IMG/VR virus record: IMGVR_UViG_3300046002_007411
Span: 1 to 64,000 of that record
DNA length: 64,000 bases
Direction: 5' to 3' (one strand)
From: a virus
Positions within the stretch are counted from its first letter, which is position 1, and the number at the start of each line of letters is the position of its first letter. Under the pieces are notes generated by a model. It had not been told where the DNA came from and made no database searches. It worked only from the letters and a program-made list of their open reading frames with translations. Made by a program: the position numbers and the translations under genes. Shown here piece after piece: positions 20,123 to 29,880 of the stretch.

Positions 20123-20347
20123 CTAGCGGGTGACAACGTGCAGGCGGGTTACACCGTATGCAGTTTTCACCAGCTTGCTGCGATAGCCGTGCTTTTTGAG
20201 CGCATCAGCCGCAGCTTGGTAATCAGGTAGCTCAAAGCCCCAAACCTTGATGCTGCGTCCACCAAGGATTTTATCATTAAACATTAAAATTCCAGAATTC
20301 CGGGAAATCATAACGCTGCGAACAATCTTACCAGGTGTAAAGGACAT
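20123..20347 (-). CDS. hypothetical protein
   Basis: GAGG SD; TTGACA promoter near 20404. Confidence 0.6.
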   Translation of the reverse strand: MSFTPGKIVRSVMISRNSGILMFNDKILGGRSIKVWGFELPDYQAAADALKKHGYRSKLVKTAYGVTRLHVVTR

Positions 20348-20400
20348 TTCTACCTCATGTGTTGCGGACAACACAGTTGTAACATGAGGCTATCTAGGTG

Positions 20401-20709
20401 TCAAGCAAGTGTTGGCTCAATCGTGCAAACCAAAGGGTAGCCGTGGCCACGAGCGCTGAACACAGTTTCTTCCTGTTTTTGACGAGCAGTCTCGTGAGTG
20501 TATGTGCCTGCTATTCCTCTGCCGTCATGGTGAACTTTCAACATCAGTTCGCTAGCTGATTCAAAGCTTTGATGAAAGATTTGCATGAGAACCAATACCA
20601 CAAACTCCATGGCTGTTTTATCATCGTTGTGCAGAATCACATTCCATCTAGTCGGCTGGGCTAGAAGTGTTTGGGTAGTTGTTTGTTCAATAATTTCCAC
20701 AGAGCTCAT
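20401..20709 (-). CDS. clpS: ATP-dependent Clp protease adaptor ClpS
   Basis: VILHNDDKTAMEFVV.VL..IF, MLKVH..G.GIAG.Y, GYPL. Confidence 0.93.
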   Translation of the reverse strand: MSSVEIIEQTTTQTLLAQPTRWNVILHNDDKTAMEFVVLVLMQIFHQSFESASELMLKVHHDGRGIAGTYTHETARQKQEETVFSARGHGYPLVCTIEPTLA

Positions 20710-20758
20710 GTTCACAACACTAAAAACCAAGGGCAGTTTACCTGCCCTTGGTAATATT

Positions 20759-21232
20759 TTAGCCTTGATTTTCTTGTTTTGCAAGTGATGGGCTGGAAAA
20801 GCCCACGGGGATCTTGCGTGGTAGATGTGCTTCGGGTATCTCTTGTTGGAAATCCACAGTGAGAATGCCGTTTTCCAACCGTGTTCCAGAAACTTTCACC
20901 CAGTTGTCCAACCAAAAACTACGACGGAACTGCCTTTGTGCAATGCCCTTAAACAGATATTCACGGCTGTGGGAAGTTGCAGCATGACCTGTGATTGTCA
21001 ACAAAGTATCTTCTTGCACAATCTCGATGTCATCTGCTGTGTAACCAGCTACAGCCATGGTCAAGCGGTATTGATTTTCACTAAGACGTTCAATGTCATA
21101 GGGTGGAAAACCAGTGCTGCTGTTTTGTCTCACATAGTCCAGTGTGCGGAAAGTTGGTTCCATTCCCACACTGAAGCGATTGAGTTCAGTTATCATGTTG
21201 GTCATATATTCAGCAAGAGCGTTTGTACGCAT
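20759..21232 (-). CDS. small heat shock protein (IbpA-like Hsp20)
   Basis: FPPYDIE, MAVAGY, YLFKGIAQRQFRRSF.L, LENGIL.V, IPE. Confidence 0.95.
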   Translation of the reverse strand: MRTNALAEYMTNMITELNRFSVGMEPTFRTLDYVRQNSSTGFPPYDIERLSENQYRLTMAVAGYTADDIEIVQEDTLLTITGHAATSHSREYLFKGIAQRQFRRSFWLDNWVKVSGTRLENGILTVDFQQEIPEAHLPRKIPVGFSSPSLAKQENQG

Positions 21233-21295
21233 GATATTTTCTCCTTGAAAAGCGAGTTAGCATGCAGAACCCCATTTGAGCGTTCTGCATGCTAA
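21233..21295 (-). promoter_or_regulatory. ROSE-like RNA thermometer in hsp20 5' UTR
   Basis: 14-bp hairpin, then CUCGCU-UUUCA-AGGAG (UCGCU anti-SD with bulged G); TAAATA at 21296-21301. Confidence 0.8.
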
Positions 21296-21327
21296 TATTT
21301 AATAACGCACTACTGCGTTGTCAAGTG

Positions 21328-21603
21328 CTAGTTGGCGGTTTTTGTAGGTTTATTGACTTTTTTAGCAGGAGCATCAAGTTCCATGATTTGAGCATGCCGC
21401 TTGCGCCAGCGAAGCTTGGCTTCTGCCAAACGGCGGCGACGTTGAACACTGGGTGGCTCGTAATGTTTGCGACTGCGTAGTTCTTTGTTGACACCTTCGC
21501 TGTTCATGCGACGCTTGAGTGTGGCAATGGCCTTTTCAATGTCGTTGTTGTAGACCTTGACAGTCATACCTTTTTTCTTCAGCTGAAAATCATCAGATTC
21601 CAT
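21328..21603 (-). CDS. rpsU: ribosomal protein bS21
   Basis: VKV.NNDIEKAI..LKR....EG..KELR.RKHYEPPS..RRR. Confidence 0.9.
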   Translation of the reverse strand: MESDDFQLKKKGMTVKVYNNDIEKAIATLKRRMNSEGVNKELRSRKHYEPPSVQRRRRLAEAKLRWRKRHAQIMELDAPAKKVNKPTKTAN

Positions 21604-21660
21604 TTTGTTATTCCCAATATTTGTGATAAAGCTAACGGGCATTGCCCCAGTTGTCAATTT

Positions 21661-22218
21661 TTATTTCACAGGACTGATTATAGCTGTGATGTGATTGCCC
21701 TGCATTTCCGGGATCTTTTCCAACTTGTAGTTTTCCAAGCCGTTGATAAATGTTTGAATCAACTGGATGCCAATGTGGCTGTGACGAACTTCTCGACCAC
21801 GAAACTTCACGACTACTTTGACTTTGTTTTGTTCGTTTAAAAACATCTGTGCGTTTTTTTGTTTAACTGCTAGATCATGACTGTCAGTAACCGGGCGCAG
21901 TTGAATTTCTTTTACATGAATGGCATTTTGTCGAGCTGAACGATCTTGTTCTTTTTTGGCTTGACGCAAGTTGTAGATATGCTTTTTGGCATCCATGATT
22001 TTGGCAACAGGAGGCTGTGCTTGTGCGTTTACCAGCACTAGGTCCAAGCCTTGATCTTGAGCTATTCTCATAGCTTGAGCTGTGGTCATACTCTGAGGAC
22101 GACCACTGTTGTCCACAAGTAGAACTTCACGTGGAGTGATGTCTTGATTATATACCACACTTTCAGCAATGGGATCACGCGGCTTTTGTCTGAGCCCTCT
22201 CAGCATGCGGTTTTTCAT
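21661..22218 (-). CDS. infC: translation initiation factor IF3
   Basis: NQDI...[41 protein letters not shown]. Confidence 0.93.
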   Translation of the reverse strand: MKNRMLRGLRQKPRDPIAESVVYNQDITPREVLLVDNSGRPQSMTTAQAMRIAQDQGLDLVLVNAQAQPPVAKIMDAKKHIYNLRQAKKEQDRSARQNAIHVKEIQLRPVTDSHDLAVKQKNAQMFLNEQNKVKVVVKFRGREVRHSHIGIQLIQTFINGLENYKLEKIPEMQGNHITAIISPVK

Positions 22219-23453
22219 TGAGCTGCCTTTTCTGTGCGATAAATCATAAGTGGTTCATGTCCTTGTGTTAAAAAATCTCGTGTAATTACAATAGTTTCTG
22301 TGTTGTTTTCTGCTAGTTGCGGAAGCTGGAACTGTATCTCTAACAGGGCTTCTTCAAGTATAGCACGTAGGCCTCTAGCACCTACATGGGTTGCCACTGC
22401 TTTGCGAGCTATTTCTTCAATAGCATCTGGGGCAAAATCCAGTTTTACGCCATCCACAGCAAACAGGGCTTGGAACTGGCTGATAATGCTGTTACGTGGT
22501 TCGGTCAAAATATGTTGCAGTTCCAGTTGTGAGAGGTCTTGGAAAGGCACACGTATGGGCAGTCGCCCAATCATTTCGGGAATGATGCCAAACTTTGTCA
22601 AATCAGCACCTGTTACTTGTTTTAACAAATGGCTGCGACTAAGTTTAACTGTTTCACTAAACGAGTTGACACTAAACCCCATGCGAGTGTTTGTAGTAGT
22701 TACTCGCTGCTCGATGATTTTTTCCAACCCCTCAAAACTACCGCCCACAATGAACAAAATATTAGTTGTGTCGATTGTGATATATTCGCCCTGTGGATTT
22801 TTCCTGCCGCCCTGAGGAGGTACTTTTACTTCACAACCCTCGATCATTTTCAAGAGCGCCTGCTGAACACCTTCACCGCTTACATCTCTAGTAATGCTGG
22901 TGTTTTCGCTTTTACGACCTTTTTTATCAATTTCATCAATGTAAATGATACCTTGTTGAGTTTTCTCAACATCGTTTTGGCTGGCAGACAACAGCCGGGC
23001 TATTATGTCCTCAACATCAAGTCCCACATATCCACTTTCAGTCAAGCTAGTGGCATCTACAATAACAAATGGAACTTCTAAATAGTCGCTGATGCATTTC
23101 AGCATGTGAGTTTTACCAACACCACTGCTGCCAATAATCAGCATGTTGCTTTTTTCTATCCGGGGATGACGATCGCCATGTTTAATTCTTTTGTAGTGAT
23201 TATACACTCCCACACTTAGTATTTTTTTGGCGTGATCTTGACCAATAACATATTGGTCAAGATGTTCTTTTATACTTAAGGGAGTGCGTGGTTTATCGGT
23301 TTTGGCTGCTGTTTCATTGGTATGAAGTATATCGTAACATAAATTTATACACTCATCACAAACATAAACGCCATTACCACTTATGAGTTTCTTCACTTGC
23401 ATTTGATTTTTGTTGCAGAAGTTGCAAATATGCAAGTCTTTGCTCGCGGCCAT
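22215..23453 (-). CDS. clpX: ATP-dependent Clp protease ATP-binding subunit ClpX
   Basis: CNFC..CDEC zinc domain, [35 protein letters not shown]. Confidence 0.97.
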   Translation of the reverse strand: MAASKDLHICNFCNKNQMQVKKLISGNGVYVCDECINLCYDILHTNETAAKTDKPRTPLSIKEHLDQYVIGQDHAKKILSVGVYNHYKRIKHGDRHPRIEKSNMLIIGSSGVGKTHMLKCISDYLEVPFVIVDATSLTESGYVGLDVEDIIARLLSASQNDVEKTQQGIIYIDEIDKKGRKSENTSITRDVSGEGVQQALLKMIEGCEVKVPPQGGRKNPQGEYITIDTTNILFIVGGSFEGLEKIIEQRVTTTNTRMGFSVNSFSETVKLSRSHLLKQVTGADLTKFGIIPEMIGRLPIRVPFQDLSQLELQHILTEPRNSIISQFQALFAVDGVKLDFAPDAIEEIARKAVATHVGARGLRAILEEALLEIQFQLPQLAENNTETIVITRDFLTQGHEPLMIYRTEKAAQ

Positions 23454-23522
23454 CAGCCATTTGATCCTTTAAACGCATTTACGCAATAATGCTGTTGTGA
23501 TAGCTGCTTGTCAATACAGCTA

Positions 23523-24671
23523 TCACACATAAGCAACTTGGGTCACTGTGATGTTGTTTTCAATAGTGGCAATGTTTGCTATAGCATCCCAGGGGTCTGC
23601 TGTGATATAAGTCACTCGTGCAGCATTGGGACGATCTGTTTGCACTCCATATGTTTGCAAAGTGGGATCAAAAACATTGCGATTACTGCCAAGAGTTTTT
23701 ACAAGAGCACGAGCAACACTGCGCTTGACAGCAGCTTCGGCAGTCAACACAGTGCCTGGGCTGGGTTCTGTGCTGGTAGCTATAGTTGTTACCCAATCCA
23801 CACTGTTATAGCCCACTGTAAACTGCAATGTAGTTACAGCAGCATTGCCGTCTTGATTGCCTGTGCTAAACCAACTTCCCAGATATGCTGGAGTTGCCAT
23901 GTTTTCAAGTTCCATGACGATTTGGGTATAACGCAAGTTGGCGCGATCCTTGTTCTCACTTAGGGCCAATGTTACCGGGCTACCACCATGATTGCCCCCA
24001 GTAAAGCCCAGTTGTGAGATATTTGCTCCGCCTAGCTGATAGGCTTGGTTGTAAACGCTGGCAAGTTGAATTTTACCACCGGAAAGTTGAGCAATAACTC
24101 CAGTTTCACCTTGGCGAGAGTTAATAGCGGTTACTGCGCCTACTATTGTTGTTGTTCCAGTAAATGCAATATTTACACCGTTAATGGTAATCACATCGCC
24201 TGCACCAAAGTTGCTGACTGTGCCACCAATTTCGCTAACGCCTGCACGATATGTGCTGGCAGGAATTCCCAGTTTAGCCAAAGCGGTGCCATTACCTTCA
24301 GCTACATAGAAAGGATATCCCATGCTGTCAATAACATTGGTCAAAGTCAAGCAGTTGGCATTAAATTGATTGGTAGCAGTTACGTTTGTGAACTTGCTGG
24401 TTGTTTGAACTTTGGCAATAATGTCTGCTAGCAAATCGTTGTCATCAAACACAACATTGTAACCATTGATAACAATAGTTTCATTGTTGCTCATTACATT
24501 GCTGGTAATAGCAGTATTGCCAGTTACCCAAACTCGCTGATTGTATTTTCTAGCTGTGCCAACATCAACACCACCTGCTTGATTGCCAGTCAACGCATTG
24601 TAGTTGGTTGGTGATGCTCCGTTTACGGTCACAGTGTAGTAAATTGGATAAGGGCTGTAGTTCTGTGTCAT
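23523..24671 (-). CDS. putative virion structural protein (Thr/Asn/Gly-rich)
   Basis: Repeated I.ING..V.F beta modules; TAAATA late promoter; ATG at 24671. Confidence 0.55.
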   Translation of the reverse strand: MTQNYSPYPIYYTVTVNGASPTNYNALTGNQAGGVDVGTARKYNQRVWVTGNTAITSNVMSNNETIVINGYNVVFDDNDLLADIIAKVQTTSKFTNVTATNQFNANCLTLTNVIDSMGYPFYVAEGNGTALAKLGIPASTYRAGVSEIGGTVSNFGAGDVITINGVNIAFTGTTTIVGAVTAINSRQGETGVIAQLSGGKIQLASVYNQAYQLGGANISQLGFTGGNHGGSPVTLALSENKDRANLRYTQIVMELENMATPAYLGSWFSTGNQDGNAAVTTLQFTVGYNSVDWVTTIATSTEPSPGTVLTAEAAVKRSVARALVKTLGSNRNVFDPTLQTYGVQTDRPNAARVTYITADPWDAIANIATIENNITVTQVAYV

Positions 24672-24715
24672 AACTGTTCCTTGTGATTGCAAAGTATTTA
24701 TCACAATCCCATTGT

Positions 24716-25291
24716 CTAAACACGCTTGACTTTTGCAGAATTTCTTGACTGAACTGCCATGAACTTGCTATGCCCAATTACAGCAACTCGTTGAGCTCGA
24801 TTTGCCCATACAGGATTAACTCGCCGGCTGTGAAAATGTGTTGCTCCACGAGTAGGGTCTTTTGTTTGCCCTTGGTAAACTTGATATGCCAATTTTTGAC
24901 TATCCAGCCAAGCTTGTGGCTCACGAGCATGACGTGCAGATTTCACTGTCCAACTAAACTGCGGGCGTTTACGTCCATTGTAGTAGCTGTATTGAAATAT
25001 AGTGTTGCAAATGTCAGGATCATAGCTAGCGTGCTGTGTTCTATTCAATGTAACATGTGCAACAGCAAGTTTCTCCTGTAAAATACTGCCGCGGGCTTCG
25101 TGATAAATGTTCATGGCCAAACAACTTACTGAGCGCCGGCCTTGACCATCAAGGTTCGAGGCATGACGGTAGGTGATAGGCATGTGGTAAAACCACTTGT
25201 TCATTTGTGTGTTATCAACATGAAATTCTGCATGGCTTGGTGAAGCTGTGAAAATCACAGCCGCCACAGCAAGTGACTTGATAAGTTTCAT
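24716..25291 (-). CDS. cell wall hydrolase (SleB / Hydrolase_2 family)
   Basis: CLAMNIYHEARG, VTLNR, QFSW, DPTRGATHFH; N-terminal signal-like segment. Confidence 0.9.
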   Translation of the reverse strand: MKLIKSLAVAAVIFTASPSHAEFHVDNTQMNKWFYHMPITYRHASNLDGQGRRSVSCLAMNIYHEARGSILQEKLAVAHVTLNRTQHASYDPDICNTIFQYSYYNGRKRPQFSWTVKSARHAREPQAWLDSQKLAYQVYQGQTKDPTRGATHFHSRRVNPVWANRAQRVAVIGHSKFMAVQSRNSAKVKRV

Positions 25292-25476
25292 TGTTATTAC
25301 TCCTTTGTAGCATGGTAGCAGTGGGATACGCAAATGTCAATAGTGAGTTTATAAGCTATTGATATTGCTTGCTATTTTTACTAAATATCCCTGGTTTTTG
25401 CCCCTTATGTATTTGCTTGAAAACGTTTACTGTAGTATATATGTCTAGACTTAAAAATCCACTGAGTTCATGAATC

Positions 25477-25821
25477 ATGAGACAAGTAACCCAAGACGAG
25501 CAGGCACTTTGGCACACTTATATGAACAAACTAACCATCATGCCGGCGCTGGTACCCTATCGCCCGGTGCGGCGACGCTCTTATATCCTGGACTTGCACA
25601 AATACACTGTGCAACAGGCTTTCAATAAGTGCCAAGATTTCATCCAAGAGCATTTAGAACAAGGATCACATTATGTAACTGTGATCACAGGTCGAGGTGG
25701 CCCTATTTCTCAGGAGTTTACTCTGTGGTGTCAAAACTGGTTGGGGGTGGCCAAGGTTGTTCCCTTGGATGGTGATCCGCAATCAGCTGGCAGCTGGATG
25801 GTTTACTTACACCGGCGGTAA
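25477..25821 (+). CDS. Smr-domain protein
   Basis: LDLHKYT.QQA, VITGRG, G.W.VYL. Confidence 0.85.
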   Translation: MRQVTQDEQALWHTYMNKLTIMPALVPYRPVRRRSYILDLHKYTVQQAFNKCQDFIQEHLEQGSHYVTVITGRGGPISQEFTLWCQNWLGVAKVVPLDGDPQSAGSWMVYLHRR

Positions 25822-26283
25822 ACTGCCTGCCAGTATGACATACATGTGCAGTGATTGCAGTTGAGCTTGATCACCTGCTATTGATGCTTGAATGTCATAT
25901 GTATGACTGTAATACCAGTTGAGTTGAGGCATGTAATGCTGGCAGTATAGTTGATTGTTCCAAACAACACGATCTACCCAGTCATATTCTGACTGATCCA
26001 TAATAACTCGCCAAGTGTCTCGGTCATTTCCCTGTTCATATTGATAAACTTTGCTGGTTATGGCCAGAGAAAAGTCACTATGCAAAATCCAAATTTGCGG
26101 TTCTCCCCAACCCCCACGACTATATTGCATCAACAAATTATGCTGGGGTGCATAGTATTCACTGACCTTTGTTCGCGGGCTGCCTGTGAGCCAGTGTGGC
26201 CGTTTGAGCTTGTCAACAATCATGGCCACAGCAGGCCAATCTTGGATTTGCAAAACATCATCATAATGCGAAAACAATGTCAT
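25807..26283 (-). CDS. hypothetical protein
   Basis: 158 aa ORF with a -10 box 6 nt upstream of ATG. Confidence 0.55.
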   Translation of the reverse strand: MTLFSHYDDVLQIQDWPAVAMIVDKLKRPHWLTGSPRTKVSEYYAPQHNLLMQYSRGGWGEPQIWILHSDFSLAITSKVYQYEQGNDRDTWRVIMDQSEYDWVDRVVWNNQLYCQHYMPQLNWYYSHTYDIQASIAGDQAQLQSLHMYVILAGSLPPV

Positions 26284-26419
26284 GACACCAAAATAGCACA
26301 GGGCTCATAGGCAACAACTGCAAAAATCACATAGCTGCGCTATGCTGCACTGCAAGATAAAAACCTTGACGGCATGCTAAGTATGCTACACAATAGCGAA
26401 CAACAAGGAGACAACAGCA

Positions 26420-26587
26420 ATGATGTCAAAGTTCAAAACAAAACTATCTACATGGTGGCAGCGCCGCAGTGTAAGTCCAGAAGAACAATGGCTGGCACAA
26501 TCAACCAATCTTGCTGAACTGGAAAATCGCATGCGTCGTCTGCAAACAGCTACCGATCGGCTTATTTTCACACAATATGGAGGTTAA
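26420..26587 (+). CDS. small protein, DUF3563-like (not in ORF track)
   Basis: AAGGAG SD; MMSKFKTKLSTWWQRRSVSPEEQWLAQSTNLAELENRMRRLQ... resembles the DUF3563 xLA.S.D..DLE.R.R motif. Confidence 0.6.
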   Translation: MMSKFKTKLSTWWQRRSVSPEEQWLAQSTNLAELENRMRRLQTATDRLIFTQYGG

Positions 26588-26588
26588 C

Positions 26589-26765
26589 ATGGAAAACAAG
26601 GCTCTAGAGAACATCATGACTGACTACGTCACTCGCACTATGAAAACAGTTACAGAGTATAATACCCAACTGTTCCAAGCATGGGTGGACATGAACACTC
26701 GCATGATGCAAGTGAATCCTGTTACCAGTTGGATGAACCCAACCAACAAATCAACAAAAAACTAA
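26589..26765 (+). CDS. small amphipathic helical protein (phasin-like?)
   Basis: GGAGG SD; 58 aa, helical composition. Confidence 0.5.
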   Translation: MENKALENIMTDYVTRTMKTVTEYNTQLFQAWVDMNTRMMQVNPVTSWMNPTNKSTKN

Positions 26766-26772
26766 CTGCTCA

Positions 26773-26799
26773 AGGGAGAATAACTTTTGGTTATTCTCC
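26773..26799. terminator. hairpin between convergent genes
   Basis: gggagaataac-ttttg-gttattctccc. Confidence 0.65.
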
Positions 26800-27441
26800 C
26801 TAGCTTTTATAAGGATTTGGTTGACCGGGATAATTTTCGTCCCATAGGATCGCCAAATAATCCCAAGGCTCGTGGCCGTTGTGCTTTTTGAATGCAGTCA
26901 CAACCCCGGGATATAGCACATTCCAAAACCAATCTTGTAGTCTAAAACCCTGACTGTTGGTGACGTCAACAACATCGTCTAGGGAGATATTTTGGGCATC
27001 AGCGCCCAACAGTCGCGAAAGTTGGTTGCGGTTGTTTATGATTTTTTGAAATACATTAACTGTGGCGTCATGTGGATCGCCATCGGGAAAGATATTTCCC
27101 AGCTCATCAGTCAGCTCATGCGCTGCATATTCTGCTAAACGTGCCAGCAGCTTTTTAGCCGACTGTGGTTGCCGGGACTTGCTGGCAACTTGAAGTTGTC
27201 CACGCAGAGCAGCAGCCACGTCTTTTACAACTTCTTGCGGGCTTACTGAACCCAATGGCCAATTGATTTCACGTTTAATAGCAGATTCTAGCTCAGTTCG
27301 ATCTACTTGCCGGTTTTGAAACCTTTGTAGAATTTTTTGAGCTAGTTCTTGGACTCGGCTTTGATAATCTTCATGTAAAGCAGTATGTTCCAACAACATA
27401 CGGTATTTTAAAATATCTTCAATCATAATCATCCTGCTCAT
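26800..27441 (-). CDS. hypothetical protein
   Basis: 213 aa ORF; TATAAATA late promoter upstream. Confidence 0.65.
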   Translation of the reverse strand: MSRMIMIEDILKYRMLLEHTALHEDYQSRVQELAQKILQRFQNRQVDRTELESAIKREINWPLGSVSPQEVVKDVAAALRGQLQVASKSRQPQSAKKLLARLAEYAAHELTDELGNIFPDGDPHDATVNVFQKIINNRNQLSRLLGADAQNISLDDVVDVTNSQGFRLQDWFWNVLYPGVVTAFKKHNGHEPWDYLAILWDENYPGQPNPYKS

Positions 27442-27471
27442 GCTACCTATAGGATATTTATAAAAATCATG

Positions 27472-28146
27472 TTAACTCCAAAGCAAATTCATTTTGCCCT
27501 GCATGAACTCTCGAGCTGTTAGGGATTTTCCTGTGCGATGATCTTGTACAGCATCATCTTGAAATCGGATAGTGCGGATTTTATCTCCACGCTGTCCACT
27601 GCCAATCTGTATTTTGCGCTTGTGATTGTGTTTGTTGTTTTGGGACTCTGCGTGTTGATTTTCTATCAACACTTGCAGTGCCAGCAGCGCATTGCTGTAG
27701 CTATTTACCCGACTACGAGTTTGACTTGTGGTTGTAAAACCCGTGGGTATATGACGTAAACGGCAACTGTTGGCGTGTTTGTTTCTATGTTGGCCGCCAC
27801 AGCCTGTGCCGCTAAACCATGAGATTTCTATATCCTGGGGATTTATGATGTTTTTTTGATTATCGTGGTAATCAATAACAGCTACAGTCACGGTACTAGT
27901 ATGAACTCTACCGCGTCTTTCAGTGGGAGGAACACGTTGCATACGCAACCCCCCAGCTTCTTGATCTAGTTGTGAGAGATCTTGACCTTGAACAACAAAG
28001 CTATAGAACCCCGGTGCTTGCTGCTCGTGACTAACCAGTCAACCCAGGGCCAAGGCCAGCCGGCGATAAGCGCGGGCTAGGTCTTGAACAAATAACTTGC
28101 TATCTTCGCCGCCTTCAGCAGCACGTATCTCAATTATTTTTTTCAT
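27472..28146 (-). CDS. class I peptide release factor (RF1-type, lacking domain 1) with in-frame UGA at codon 36
   Basis: MKKIIEIRAAEGGEDSKLFVQDLARAYRRLALALG*LVSHEQ...EAGGLRMQRVPPTERRGRVHTS...GGQHRNK...KIRTI; single frame 28146-27472, TGA at 28039-28041. Confidence 0.85.
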
Positions 28147-28191
28147 AATGACATCTTCAGGGTGTGAAAATATTTAGCCGCACAGCCGCTA

Positions 28192-29613
28192 TCAGGCTTG
28201 AATAACCTGATAGCGATCACTTTTAATGGTTTGCTTCATTATGGCTTGGGGTGTGAAAGTTTCAGCAGCCAAAATGCTGGTCATAATGCTGGGACTAAAT
28301 CCGCTTACCAGGGCAGAACCTTGCTGGTCAAATCTCACCGGACTGTTTCCAGTGGCATTGGGCCGAGCATTCAAGTTCCACCAAACAAGACGTGGTAGCT
28401 CATATCCTGCCTGCTTGAACATGCTGCGAGCTAGATCCCATGCACTGACACTTACGCCGTGAGCTAAGCCGGAGTCAAACTCCATGTCACTTAGCACCAA
28501 CAGATATCGGGGCATTTGGTCAGCAGCTAGTTGGTTTACTATAGCCACTTGCAGAATGCTGCGAAATGCGCTTTCCAAGTTGGTATTATACCCCATGTTG
28601 TCGCGCATTTGCTGTAGCTTTGCCAAGAGATCACCTTTGAGAATGTCAATGTGACTGTCGCGTGTGAAGGTCAGCCACATGTCCCGGAAGGCGCCTTGTT
28701 GCTTGTCGGCAATATAGAGACCTAGGCTGATAGCCACCTGCATGCAAGTGAGCCCGGTACCTTGTTGGCCGCCCACAGGGGCACTCATGCTGCCGCTGAC
28801 ATCCACCATGGGCAAAATGCTGTTATCGCCGAGATAGTTGGGCAAAGCCTGCCACTGAGCTAGAGCCACTTGTGGATCGCCGCGAGTCACACTGCGGATG
28901 ACATCATAGGGATAAACAGCCTGAGCGTTTACATGCCCTTGTCCAGTTTGCAGACTTTGCTTCCACTCAGCATAACGTAGGGGATCTTGGCGATTAAAAG
29001 CCTTTTGATATCTAGCCGCAGCAACACTGGGAACATGATTATAGTTGATTTCCTGCCACTGCCGGGCACACATGGGAGTTTCCACAACAGTTGTCAACTC
29101 CACAAGCATTTTACGCCAGGCTTTTGGTGAGTAGTTGATATACCCACGCAGACGATTGGCAATAGCACCCTGACGAGGCATCCATTTTGCAGCCAAAGCG
29201 TTACCTTGCTTGAGTGCGCGGATAATCATGTCGGCAGCCAATAGCTGCATGCGAGCTGTAGAGAAAATCAAAAGATCGTCCCACCGTCCGTATTCGGGAA
29301 TACAAGCTAGATTGGCTTCCACACTGGCTGGATGATTTTTTTCCAGCCAGCGTAGAACTTGTCGGAAAATTTCCCGTTCACCAGCCCCTTGACGAATATC
29401 ACGTGCCCAAAACAAAACTTGCATGGCACTTAGGGCGTCGTGCTGATAAGCTCGTTCAAATGCGGTAGTGATATCTTTGCCACGGCTTGCGCCAATGGCA
29501 AAGAAAAGATCCACAACTGGATCGGCACTGGTGTCATATGTGACCATGCCATTTGCTGTTGTTGCTACAACAGCAGAATTTTCCACGGCCTGGGCAAAAG
29601 TGATTGTAGTCAT
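28192..29613 (-). CDS. DUF2828 TROVE/Ro60-like protein with C-terminal VWA domain
   Basis: T.NG, DLFF, RDIR.G.GER, YGRWDDL, AAKW.PR, VPS.A, MIDAS DVSGSM, SDMEFD, WWNL, VSGFS. Confidence 0.85.
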   Translation of the reverse strand: MTTITFAQAVENSAVVATTANGMVTYDTSADPVVDLFFAIGASRGKDITTAFERAYQHDALSAMQVLFWARDIRQGAGEREIFRQVLRWLEKNHPASVEANLACIPEYGRWDDLLIFSTARMQLLAADMIIRALKQGNALAAKWMPRQGAIANRLRGYINYSPKAWRKMLVELTTVVETPMCARQWQEINYNHVPSVAAARYQKAFNRQDPLRYAEWKQSLQTGQGHVNAQAVYPYDVIRSVTRGDPQVALAQWQALPNYLGDNSILPMVDVSGSMSAPVGGQQGTGLTCMQVAISLGLYIADKQQGAFRDMWLTFTRDSHIDILKGDLLAKLQQMRDNMGYNTNLESAFRSILQVAIVNQLAADQMPRYLLVLSDMEFDSGLAHGVSVSAWDLARSMFKQAGYELPRLVWWNLNARPNATGNSPVRFDQQGSALVSGFSPSIMTSILAAETFTPQAIMKQTIKSDRYQVIQA

Positions 29614-29625
29614 AAAATCTCCTAA

Positions 29626-29683
29626 CAGGTTGGCGTTTTGTGCTACAAGAGCTTGCTATTAAAGGTTTTGCTGCAACCAACCT
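29626..29683 (-). ncRNA. CAGCAA stem-RNA unit D (abuts the SD of the DUF2828 gene)
   Basis: AGGTTGG-TTG-CAGCAA...CCAACCT-G. Confidence 0.7.
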
Positions 29684-29707
29684 TGAATTAATTCAAGTTT
29701 AGATAAA

Positions 29708-29752
29708 CAGGCTGGGGTTCTTTTTTCCAAAAAATATTGCTGTACCCAACCT
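29708..29752 (-). ncRNA. CAGCAA stem-RNA unit C
   Basis: AGGTTGG-GTA-CAGCAA...CCAGCCT-G. Confidence 0.7.
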
Positions 29753-29804
29753 TGATGTTTCCCAGCCTGCTAACGCAGGATGTTCCACATTTAGCTTTTA
29801 TAGT

Positions 29805-29861
29805 CAGATTCGACTATGGAATTGAACCATTTTCATATCCTTGTTTTGCTGAAACGAATCT
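29805..29861 (-). ncRNA. CAGCAA stem-RNA unit B with T-arm-like hairpin
   Basis: AGATTCG-TTT-CAGCAA...ATGG-TTCAATT-CCAT...CGAATCT-G. Confidence 0.7.
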
Positions 29862-29880
29862 CGATAGTTACCAGGAAACA

